Shown in pieces: positions 1 to 8,676 of a DNA stretch of 64,000 bases (positions are counted from its first letter, which is position 1; every line of letters starts with the position of its first letter). Made by a program: the position numbers and the translations under genes. The stretch is from Candidatus Latescibacterota bacterium (lineage in GTDB: Bacteria; Latescibacterota; UBA2968; UBA8231), in the NCBI GenBank assembly GCA_965203175.1, contig OZ241867.1, positions 3,872,001 to 3,936,000 on the forward strand, in the 5' to 3' direction. The notes under the pieces are model-generated. The model saw only the letters and a list, made by a program, of their open reading frames with translations. It had not been told where the DNA came from and made no database searches.

Positions 1-1
1 A

Positions 2-1288
2 GCGGATCTTGGAAGGCTCAAGCTGAATTTCGCGAAATCGCAAGCCACGAGAAGAGGTATGACCAAAAGCGTCCCTAGAGGTACTTTGACCCACCCGAGT
101 CCATTTGATGCTGCCATCTGGTGCCCGGGTACCATCGGAGACATCGACGTAAAGTTCGTTGATCGGCGAGGCTCCGTCGGTGAGAAAATGCATGGTATCG
201 ATCCAGAATAGAGCCCCTAAATCCTCGAAGTAATCATAGTCGCGATAGCCGAAAATCGACCCATTAACACCCGTGCTGTAGTTGCCGTCGCTAACGGCAG
301 TCCCAATGTCCTTAACGCCGGCATTGTCCTCGATCGTCACCTGTCCTCCCCGCTCCACCACACCCATGTTGACATTGTCTCCCTCCGTCACGACCTCGAT
401 CTCGGCGATTCTGGGAATTTCCCTCCGGTAGTAGCGGATCGGGCCTTGGCGTTCGGGATCAATGCTGTCGTATTCCCCTTGTGAAATCAGAGTTTCCCGG
501 CCAGACCGTTCTTTCCGATAGAATTCGATAGCGCCTTGCTGTTGTGTCGGCAGATTATCGTACTCCTGCTCAGTCAATTCTTCGGCCTTGGTCGAATCAC
601 TATTGATGGCAATTATTAGAATGCGCTCGAGCGGATCGCCCTTGAAGAGCAGATCCGATCCTTCAGTCGGACGGGGTTCAAATTCGAATACGCGCTGTGT
701 CTTGTTGGGCTTTTCGGTCCGGCCGATTTCCCAGAAGTTGGGGACGTTGGTCTTGGGCTCGTCGAGATAGTAGCCCGAAACTGAGCGCGGTGGGGGTTGC
801 CGCCAGCCCAGCACCTTGAACTGCAGGAAGGGATCTCCCTCTCCTTCTTGGGCAAAGCGTATGACGATTTTTTTGACGACCACTATGCGGCCAAGATTCA
901 CCTCTGTCCACCAATCTTCCAGAGGGCTTTCGGGATTGGGACCCCACATGGTCTGCAGGTCGCCATCTATCAGGTTGTTCACCGTATTGGTACCGGAGCC
1001 TGCTATCACTCCCCCCTCGCCGGTAGTGGAAAATTGCGTCGCGTTCTGAGCCGCGTTGACCTCTTTCCGTATAAAGGAAGGCCGCACCGTATTGTCGGCC
1101 CTGGAAATATCCAGAAGACTCGACGCCCCTTTCCACGCCTGCCAGTGGGCTGCTCGGTTAATCAGGACTTGATTGCCGCGAATAGCGTGGCCCTGCTGCG
1201 ACCAGGCTTGGAGGGGAAAAACCAGCAGGGTACTGATCCACACCAAGCGGGGGATACCTAGACGACAGGAGATCGAGTCAACTATCAT
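2..1288 (-). CDS. Large secreted protein with discoidin/F5-8 type C-like segments (N-terminal part; runs off the left edge)
   Basis: Absent from the ORF track and translated by hand at both ends. ATG at 1288 with GGAGG upstream. Reads MIVDSISCRLGIPRLVWISTLLVFPLQAWSQQ...NLIDGDLQTMWGP...WWTEVNLGRIVVVKKIVIRF...DLGALFWIDTMHF...SDGTRAPDGSIKW. Both ends are in the same frame. Confidence 0.85.
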   Translation of the reverse strand, partial: MIVDSISCRLGIPRLVWISTLLVFPLQAWSQQGHAIRGNQVLINRAAHWQAWKGASSLLDISRADNTVRPSFIRKEVNAAQNATQFSTTGEGGVIAGSGTNTVNNLIDGDLQTMWGPNPESPLEDWWTEVNLGRIVVVKKIVIRFAQEGEGDPFLQFKVLGWRQPPPRSVSGYYLDEPKTNVPNFWEIGRTEKPNKTQRVFEFEPRPTEGSDLLFKGDPLERILIIAINSDSTKAEELTEQEYDNLPTQQQGAIEFYRKERSGRETLISQGEYDSIDPERQGPIRYYRREIPRIAEIEVVTEGDNVNMGVVERGGQVTIEDNAGVKDIGTAVSDGNYSTGVNGSIFGYRDYDYFEDLGALFWIDTMHFLTDGASPINELYVDVSDGTRAPDGSIKWTRVGQSTSRDAFGHTSSRGLRFREIQLEPSKIR

Positions 1289-1344
1289 GATGGCCCCTCC
1301 AGGATGCAAACTTGTCGAGTGGTTAAACGGCTCTTAGATGCTAA

Positions 1345-1384
1345 AACACAAAGAGGGGATATCGAAATATCCCCTCTTTGTGTT
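1345..1384 (-). terminator. Intrinsic terminator-like hairpin
   Basis: 18-bp stem AACACAAAGAGGGGATAT/ATATCCCCTCTTTGTGTT with a UUCG loop on the minus strand, ending in a T run, just after the 1398 stop. Confidence 0.75.
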
Positions 1385-1397
1385 GGAAAAACTGGAA

Positions 1398-2327
1398 TTA
1401 TTCTTCCAGCAGGTAATGGGACTTAATTCTGCCCCACGAGTCGTTTTCTACAGCGGTGGGGAACAGCTCTTCATCGACCTCCAGCAGTTCCATGTCGCCC
1501 ATGAGGTTGGCATTGCGCCAGACATTGTGAACAGCCGGAAAATCGTAGGAGCCCTCGTAGCTGGAGTCCAAGTCGTAGTCTTTAGACAGGGAGCCGACGT
1601 GGATGATATTGCCTACTTCCAAGTCGACGATTGTGCTTTGCTCAGGACCATCCCAACTCCAAGTTTCCCACGGGGTCATCATGATCTCGTAGGAATAAGT
1701 ACCCGGACCACCAGTCTCGCCGGTGCGGGCCCAGCCCACTTGGGCGTACTCGGGGAAGGGGATCTCGCGGCCAGTGGTCTCCCAGTCGGTTGCCTCGATG
1801 TATTTGAAAGCCCAGTACCCATCGATGGGCGGCACGTGAATCTGCCACAGTTGGCCCGTGGTGAAAAACAAATCCCGGCGCTCGTCTTCGGACAAATCGT
1901 TCCAATCGCCGTTAAACATATCGCCACCGCTGTGGTCGGCGTCGAGCACGAAGTGCCAGTCGTCATCCCAGTTGAAGACGGTGGGGTCGTCGCGGTCGTT
2001 GTTGAGATTATCGTCAACCACAAAGGCAAAGGAGAAAACCCGGTTCATTTCCTCGTTCCAGGCCCATACGCTCCTAGCGTTGAAATCCGACAGCTCGCCG
2101 CTGTCAGTCCCGCGCACGGTTTCTACGATGTGGCCTCCTTCCACCGAGATCTCGAAGATATCTGGATCTACCATATCCCAGTCGCTTAGATCGCCGTCGA
2201 TGGTGGGCACGGCGTGAAGCGGGAACTGAAAGGCGAAGTAAACCTCGCCAGGCGGTTCGTGAGCCGAGCCGATACTAGCGCCGGCGACCACGAGCGCTAA
2301 AGCCAGAAAGCAACGAATCAGTTTCAT
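1398..2327 (-). CDS. Secreted acidic protein, CBM9/DOMON-like sugar-binding fold, with C-terminal TAVENDSWGRIKS tail
   Basis: Signal peptide (LALALVVAGASIGSA-H), PTIDGDLSDW motif, YSYEIMM strand, GGAGG RBS. Confidence 0.7.
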   Translation of the reverse strand: MKLIRCFLALALVVAGASIGSAHEPPGEVYFAFQFPLHAVPTIDGDLSDWDMVDPDIFEISVEGGHIVETVRGTDSGELSDFNARSVWAWNEEMNRVFSFAFVVDDNLNNDRDDPTVFNWDDDWHFVLDADHSGGDMFNGDWNDLSEDERRDLFFTTGQLWQIHVPPIDGYWAFKYIEATDWETTGREIPFPEYAQVGWARTGETGGPGTYSYEIMMTPWETWSWDGPEQSTIVDLEVGNIIHVGSLSKDYDLDSSYEGSYDFPAVHNVWRNANLMGDMELLEVDEELFPTAVENDSWGRIKSHYLLEE

Positions 2328-2518
2328 TACCTTAACCTCCTGTTAGGTGTTGGATTGAAAAGCCGATTCATCTGTCTGCTCAATTTTGTATAAACTACTA
2401 TAAAACTGCCTAGTTATCAGGCTATAAGACCTCCTTTCCCCTGATTGTTTAGACGTTCCTGCTGCGGATACTTAGTTTGGTAATATACGAGCAAAAAGTC
2501 CAAGTACAAAGAAAAATT

Positions 2519-4660
2519 TCAATCCTTTCCCTCCAACTGCTGTATTCGGCCCGCCGATGGATGATTGGGTGCCAACTCTATCCCCTTCTGCCAGTACGCA
2601 CGGGCCTGCTGACGTCGTTCCAAGCGCCACAAGGCCCGGCCTAGATTGAAGTAGGCCGGGGCAAAATCTGGGTGCAACGCGACCAGTTCTTCCCAGGTTT
2701 CCACGGCTTTTTTCAGATTTCCCAAGGAGGCGTACGCCACTCCGAGTTCGTTGTATGCCTCTTGGTACGCTGGTTGCAGGGCTATGGCCTGCTCCAAAAA
2801 GTGCACGGCTTGCTCCAATTGGCCCACTTGAGCATAGGTCCGTCCCATCTGGGTGTAGAGATAGCGTCCCACTTCTAGGCCGATCAATTCCTCGGGTACA
2901 GGCGCAATTTCCAAGGCCCGGTGGTACGCCTGCAAGGCACCCGTCCAATCTTTTTCGGCCCTAGCTTGGTGGCCGTGCAAAACCCGGTGCAGCGCCTCAA
3001 AATAGGAATGGGTTTCTATCCGAACCGAATCTCCACCCATAGAGAGCGTGTCTAGTCGGACGACAGGTCCCGTCCTTTCTACTTGGTCAAATCCCGCAAT
3101 CGGCAAAAAGTACCAGTCCATTCGGTCGAAAATAGCCGATTCCACCTGACCTGGTGAGAAGACTTCCCGCCATTGGCTCGTCTCCAGAAGGAGTTGGAAA
3201 GCGAGCGGTATATCCTCGTCGGGGCACACCGGATGCTGATAGTGGAGGATAACGACTGGGGTACTAACGCTGTCCCGGGCTGTCGGCTGCATCTTCTCCA
3301 CCCTCGTCTCTAGGTACAGGGGCGGCAGATCATCGCGCTGGGCTAGTAGCGCGTACGCCCGCAGTAACGCTTCGCTGCCGTAGCTCTGCAGGTAGTGGGT
3401 CTGCCGCACTTGCACGCGCTCGGGTGTCAGTATCTGGATCTGGCCGCACTTTGAGGGCAATTGGATCAGGTGCTGGTACTGGGGAAGGTGGGCTTGAAGC
3501 CAAGCCTGAGCCTCTATGCGGGTGTCTTGGTCACTGAGTAAGGATCTAGTGCGGAGTGAGGCGTACAGGGGCTCGGCCACTAAGGTCAGGGTGATCAAGC
3601 CACCCACCACAGGGTACTTCCATCCCATTCCGACCAAACGTCCGATGAGCAGGGCCAGTAGGGGAGCAAGGGGTAGGGCATAGCGCATGAAAGTGGAGCC
3701 AGCAAGCACGAGGACTACAGCCAAGGGGACGATGCCAGCCAGCAAGACGAGTTCCTGCCACTGCCGCTGGCGAACGCCCCAGAGCAGGGACAGAGCTACA
3801 ACCACGGCAGCCACCGCGCCCAGACCGTGGCGCAGGGTATAGCGCAGGTGGTAGAGCCAAGCCTGTTCCTCTGTGCTCGACTCGGCCAGCAGGTGGGTTT
3901 GTCCCATATCGGTGAAATGGCTCCAAAACTGCCCGGCGTCGAGCCAGACAAAGGGCGTGGTTAAGGCAAAACTCAACGCAGCCCCACTGACGACCCAGAT
4001 GCTGCGCCTCCATGGACAAGGTCTCTCCAACAAAATCGCCGTGATTACTGGTACCGCTACTAGCACTGCCGGGTACTTAGTCGCCGCGGCTAAGCCAGTG
4101 AAAATGCCCGCGACCAGAAAATCCCGCACGCGCCCATCCTGTCGGGCCCGCACGGCCCACAACAGGGCCATTACCGCCCAGAAAACAGCCGGCGTATCCA
4201 CGATGGCCAGATGGGCAAAACGCACGGCTAGCGGCATGGTCGCTAGGATCAGAGCGGCCAAGAGCCCTTCTCTGACGCCGTAGAGGCGTCGGCCTAGACA
4301 GGCGATAGCTCCTACTGTGGCAACGGCCAGCAGAGTGTTGGCTCCACGCACTAGCGCCAACAAATCGCGACCGTCCACCAGCAAGTGATAGGCCACAAAC
4401 TGCTCCACTGATTCGGCGCTTGTCGCCAGATAGTAGAGCAGGTACAAAAGGGAACTTAGGTAGAAGTGAAAGGTCGGGTAGTTAAAGTAGTGGGGATTGA
4501 GATCTCCGCTCCAGAAACCCAGCGGCAGGACTATAAAAGCGATCTCGTCGAAGTGAGTCCAGGCTGGTGTGGGTACTGGCCAGCGCAGCGCCAGCGCCAG
4601 CAACAGAATGGCACCCGTACCCCATGTGAAGGGGATGCGCCCTGCGTTTTTCTCTGACAT
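2519..4660 (-). CDS. GT-C fold (PMT_2/ArnT-like) membrane glycosyltransferase with C-terminal TPR repeats
   Basis: HFDE motif after the first TM, NPHYFNYP, AAATKYP, RYALP, many TM helices, several TPR repeats at the C-terminus. ATG start chosen; a TTG at 4690 is possible. Confidence 0.8.
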   Translation of the reverse strand: MSEKNAGRIPFTWGTGAILLLALALRWPVPTPAWTHFDEIAFIVLPLGFWSGDLNPHYFNYPTFHFYLSSLLYLLYYLATSAESVEQFVAYHLLVDGRDLLALVRGANTLLAVATVGAIACLGRRLYGVREGLLAALILATMPLAVRFAHLAIVDTPAVFWAVMALLWAVRARQDGRVRDFLVAGIFTGLAAATKYPAVLVAVPVITAILLERPCPWRRSIWVVSGAALSFALTTPFVWLDAGQFWSHFTDMGQTHLLAESSTEEQAWLYHLRYTLRHGLGAVAAVVVALSLLWGVRQRQWQELVLLAGIVPLAVVLVLAGSTFMRYALPLAPLLALLIGRLVGMGWKYPVVGGLITLTLVAEPLYASLRTRSLLSDQDTRIEAQAWLQAHLPQYQHLIQLPSKCGQIQILTPERVQVRQTHYLQSYGSEALLRAYALLAQRDDLPPLYLETRVEKMQPTARDSVSTPVVILHYQHPVCPDEDIPLAFQLLLETSQWREVFSPGQVESAIFDRMDWYFLPIAGFDQVERTGPVVRLDTLSMGGDSVRIETHSYFEALHRVLHGHQARAEKDWTGALQAYHRALEIAPVPEELIGLEVGRYLYTQMGRTYAQVGQLEQAVHFLEQAIALQPAYQEAYNELGVAYASLGNLKKAVETWEELVALHPDFAPAYFNLGRALWRLERRQQARAYWQKGIELAPNHPSAGRIQQLEGKD

Positions 4661-4732
4661 TTGGCGCTTTTCTCGCCTAGACTGGACCAATCATCCGCCC
4701 CTTGTAGGGCGGGGGCGGGGGAGGATTACGAG

Positions 4733-6481
4733 CTAGCCGCTGGTGAGAACGCGTTTCAGGTTGTCCTCTCGGATCTCGATCTGTGATGCGTATTTGGTCC
4801 GCAGTTCGGCCAAGAATTGTTCAAATACCTGCTGCTTTTTGATCCAGTTGACTGTGGCCCGCACCCGCTTTTTGGCTCCTTCAAAGGAGGCCCGCTGCTG
4901 CTCGCGGGACAACACCTTGAAAATGGAGTACCCCTCGCGCACCTGCAGCGGCCCGATCAGCTCGCCCACGGGGGCTTTTCGGGCCGCCGCCACCAAGCGT
5001 CCGTACACCGCTGCGGCCGCAACCGTAAAACGCCGTCGGCCCTCTTCATCTCGCAGCTCTGGAGAGCGTTTGGAGTACTGGCGCGCCAAATCTCCCATGG
5101 ACGCACCCTGCCGGAGGCGTTCAAGCAAGTCCTTGGCCTCCTCTTCGGTGGCGACGAGGATTTCCTGGATCTCGATCTGGTCGGGCTTCGTGTAGCGGTC
5201 GGGATTTTCTTCGTATTCCCGGCGGATATCCTCTGCGGAAATGCTTACGCGCTCCTTCAACACTTGGACGCGCAACTGCACGACCAATTCCTGTTCTCGT
5301 TTCCTCGCCAGCCATTGCGTGATTTCCTCTTCCCGATCTAGGCCCTCCCGCAGGGCGGCTTCGACAAAGAGCGCATCGGGGGCCAAGGTACCTTCGGCGA
5401 ACTCGATAACTGCCTCTTTGTTGCGCAAGTCCAGCGTTTTGTATTTGAGTTGACTGGCGGCATCGAATACATCTCCGGCCGTGATCGTTCCTCCTTCATA
5501 GCGATAGAGAACAATAGCCCGCACTTCTTCGTCTCCGGAGGTGGATCCTCTGTGCATTGCCGCCGAGAAAGCGTCTAATCCCTGCTGGTCCCTTTCGAGT
5601 TTGAGGGCTTCTTTGAGGCTGTCGGTCAGGGCAGCCCTCGCCTCGACGCTGCGCTCGATGAAGAGTTGGCGGTAAATATTCTGGAATTGCTCGGCGTCTA
5701 GCCCGGTTTCGATTGACTCCAAGGCTTTGAAAAGGGCGAAATGACCACCGATGTCTATGGGCTGGCTCACTTCTCCTTTTTCAAGTGCGAAGAGGGGCGT
5801 GTGCAGATAGGGGGGCATATCTAGCTTGCCGACAAACCGACCGGTGTCTCCTCTTTGCTCCATTGTTGGTTTGTGGATGGACCACTGCTCGGCCACTTCT
5901 CCAAAATCTCGTCCCGAGGTGATCTCGCGCAGGGCTGACCAAGCGCTGTCTTTGCTGGTGGTGATGATTTGGGCAAAGCGGATTTTGCGCGCCAATTCCC
6001 GTTCCTGAAAGTAATCGCTGACCTCCTGTCCCGAGACTCGCACCTTGATCTTTTTAATCTGATAGAGGCCAATGAGCTTTTCCTTCTTGTACTGGGATAT
6101 CTTGTAGATGAAGGCTGGCAGGCGATCTATCCCTTGATCCTCGGCCTCCAACTGCAGCAGCTCCATATCGATGAGCGTCTGCAAATGGTTGCGCTCCTTC
6201 TCCAGTCCTTTACTGTCACTCTGGAGGTAATTGGGGATTTTGCCGTAGAACGCCCGTAGCTGACCAGCAGTGATGGATTGGTCTCCCACCCGGGCTAGTT
6301 CCAGTTTCCACTGGGCCGTCGAGTCCAGAGTTGTGGTGAGCTCTATCGTCGGCTGGGATGCTTTTTCCTCTTGCTCAGTGCACCCAGCCCCCAAAATCGC
6401 CAGCAGCGCTGCCCCGATCACCCATCTTGTCGCGGTGGATACAAGGCGTATTATTGCCTTGGGGCTTAGGTGTTTCATCAT
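4733..6481 (-). CDS. Lipoprotein peptidyl-prolyl isomerase / foldase (SurA/PrsA-like, two parvulin domains)
   Basis: Lipobox ILGAGC, motifs FGEVAEQWS..GDTG..GEVSQPI and EILVATEEEA..LARQYS..GYSIFKV, GGAGG RBS. Confidence 0.8.
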   Translation of the reverse strand: MMKHLSPKAIIRLVSTATRWVIGAALLAILGAGCTEQEEKASQPTIELTTTLDSTAQWKLELARVGDQSITAGQLRAFYGKIPNYLQSDSKGLEKERNHLQTLIDMELLQLEAEDQGIDRLPAFIYKISQYKKEKLIGLYQIKKIKVRVSGQEVSDYFQERELARKIRFAQIITTSKDSAWSALREITSGRDFGEVAEQWSIHKPTMEQRGDTGRFVGKLDMPPYLHTPLFALEKGEVSQPIDIGGHFALFKALESIETGLDAEQFQNIYRQLFIERSVEARAALTDSLKEALKLERDQQGLDAFSAAMHRGSTSGDEEVRAIVLYRYEGGTITAGDVFDAASQLKYKTLDLRNKEAVIEFAEGTLAPDALFVEAALREGLDREEEITQWLARKREQELVVQLRVQVLKERVSISAEDIRREYEENPDRYTKPDQIEIQEILVATEEEAKDLLERLRQGASMGDLARQYSKRSPELRDEEGRRRFTVAAAAVYGRLVAAARKAPVGELIGPLQVREGYSIFKVLSREQQRASFEGAKKRVRATVNWIKKQQVFEQFLAELRTKYASQIEIREDNLKRVLTSG

Positions 6482-6613
6482 TTTCCTCCAATGTCTCTAT
6501 GGCCGCATATTAAGGCATTGACCTATAGACGAAATTTGCAATTTACAAAACCCAATAAAGCCAACTTTTTTGCCACTGTCGAGAAACAGACAATCGCTGC
6601 CTGCGTCTTGTCT

Positions 6614-8638
6614 ATGTCCGTAAACAGCCGCCATGCCGTCGCTCTTTTCCTCTTGGCCCTGATTCTGCGTCTGGCCTACTTGGTGGAAATCCGCGACACA
6701 CTCTACTTTCAAACCCTGATCCTCGACGCTGAGGAGTACGATTATCTAGCCCAAGCTCTGCTCGAAGGCGACGGGTGGCTTACCACTCACCGCACCTACG
6801 TCCACGGTCCGCTCTATCCCGCGCTGTTGGTCCTGCTCAAACTGGGCGGAGCCGAACTCGTGGCTACGCGCCTGTTCCAGGCCGTCCTCGGGGCTTTATC
6901 CTGCGTCCTCCTCTACGCTATTGCTCGTCGATTTTTCCCCGTTCCTACCCCTTTGCTAACTGGTTTGATAGCAGTTGGGTACTGGCCCTTTATCCTCTAC
7001 AACGGCGAACTGTTGGCCACCACCCTGACCATCTTCATCGAACTGCTTTTGGTGATCCAACTAGTGCGTTGTACCGACCGCCCTAGCTATTGGTCGGCCG
7101 CTGGTGCTGGAGCGCTACTGGGCCTGCTGATCGAGACGCGCAGCAATACCCTGTTACTGGTGCCGGTGGCCCTCTGGTGGCTCTACCACCGGACTCGATC
7201 CCGATTACTGGTGCCTTTCTGCGTGGGACTCTGCGCCGTTCTGGCTCCTTTTTTGATCCATAATGGCCTCGTCCAAGGCACGCCGCTCCCTTTCCAAGGG
7301 GCTTGGAGCTTCTACATGGGCAACAACCCTGCGGCTGATGGCACCCCGTATGCACGGCAGGGGATAGACTGGCAACGCCTCGAAATACTGCCCTACCAAG
7401 CAGATATGGCTGCTTCGTCAGCCGACAGAGGACGGTTCTATCTGAGCGAGGGCCTCGACTTCATTGTCGACCAACCGCTCGCCTATCTCCACTTGCTCTA
7501 CCGCAAATTCAGACTGTTCTGGCACTCTTTTGAAATCCCAGTGAGTGTTGATATCCACTTTTACGAAGCGCATTCCCGCCTGAGTTACCTGAACCTTTTC
7601 GGCTTTGGCATTGTTGCGCCTCTAGCTCTAGTTGGGTTGGTGTGGAACTGGAACCGATGGCGCCAATACGGCCTGCTCTACGGCTTCGGACTATCCTACT
7701 TGGTCTCGGGCCTGCTCTTCACGGTGTGTGCTCGCTATCGGCTTCCCGCGGTGCCTTTTCTGATGCTTTTCGCCGCCGAGGCTGTTCGCCAAGGTGCTCT
7801 AAGTATAAAGGAGCACCAGTGGCGGCGCAGTGCTGCCTTGGCGCTGGCGCTGGGTGCTGCTCTTGCACTGGGGCACACTGGAATTGACCCCGCACAGGTG
7901 GATCATCTGCGCTCTGCTTGGCTCCAAGGACAGGTTCACATGCGTAACCAAGCATATGACCGCGCCGAAGCGGCCTATTTGCAAGCGCTCCAGACCGATC
8001 CCGACGACGCAGATGTCCACAGCAGTCTGGGCGCGGTTTACGAAGCGAAGAGGCGGCCTCGCGAGGCTGAAACGGCCTATCGCCAAGCCCTCGTTCTGGC
8101 CTCTGATCACACCCGGGCCCAGCTCAATCTGGGCAATCTCCTCCGCGGGAAGCAGCGCTTCGATAAAGCCAAGGCCCTCTTCCTTGAGGTGCTCGCCAAC
8201 GATCCCCGTCCCACCATTCAATACGAGGGTCATTATTATCTAGGATATCTTCATCTGGACCAGCAGGATTATCTGCGGGCTTATAGCTCTTTCACTACGG
8301 CTGTAGAAGCAGAGCAACGAGCCGAAGGGTTCTACGCCTTGGCTAATGCCTGCCACCATCTAGGGTATCAGGACGAGCAGATCCGGCACTTGCGGCAGAC
8401 TGTAGATCTAGATCCAGAATTTGCCGCTGCCCACCGCAACCTTGGAGCTTTGTACCTGCAGCGAGGCGAGCACTCCCTTGCCGAAGAAGCACTGCGCCAA
8501 GCCCTGAAACTCGAACCTGATGTGGCTATTGCCCACTACAATCTGGGCGTACTCTATATGCGCACCGGGCGACGAGAATTGGCCCAGACCGCCTTCGAAA
8601 TCGCCGAGCAGCTACGCCGGGCGGGGACATCCCCCTGA
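6614..8638 (+). CDS. GT-C fold (PMT_2-like) glycosyltransferase with TPR repeats
   Basis: LDAEEYDYLA, GPLYP, FYMGNNP, ARYRLP, TM helices, multiple TPRs. Start placed at ATG 6614 (MSVNSRH) to avoid overlap with the divergent gene. Confidence 0.8.
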   Translation: MSVNSRHAVALFLLALILRLAYLVEIRDTLYFQTLILDAEEYDYLAQALLEGDGWLTTHRTYVHGPLYPALLVLLKLGGAELVATRLFQAVLGALSCVLLYAIARRFFPVPTPLLTGLIAVGYWPFILYNGELLATTLTIFIELLLVIQLVRCTDRPSYWSAAGAGALLGLLIETRSNTLLLVPVALWWLYHRTRSRLLVPFCVGLCAVLAPFLIHNGLVQGTPLPFQGAWSFYMGNNPAADGTPYARQGIDWQRLEILPYQADMAASSADRGRFYLSEGLDFIVDQPLAYLHLLYRKFRLFWHSFEIPVSVDIHFYEAHSRLSYLNLFGFGIVAPLALVGLVWNWNRWRQYGLLYGFGLSYLVSGLLFTVCARYRLPAVPFLMLFAAEAVRQGALSIKEHQWRRSAALALALGAALALGHTGIDPAQVDHLRSAWLQGQVHMRNQAYDRAEAAYLQALQTDPDDADVHSSLGAVYEAKRRPREAETAYRQALVLASDHTRAQLNLGNLLRGKQRFDKAKALFLEVLANDPRPTIQYEGHYYLGYLHLDQQDYLRAYSSFTTAVEAEQRAEGFYALANACHHLGYQDEQIRHLRQTVDLDPEFAAAHRNLGALYLQRGEHSLAEEALRQALKLEPDVAIAHYNLGVLYMRTGRRELAQTAFEIAEQLRRAGTSP

Positions 8639-8676
8639 AAAGCAGGGTAAGGCCATCGGGAATATTGAGGCACTCT

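Noticed and set aside
588-1261. Short ORFs listed in the track for the first 1.3 kb
   Set aside because: They are shadows of the minus-strand gene 2-1288, which the track missed because it has no stop in the window.
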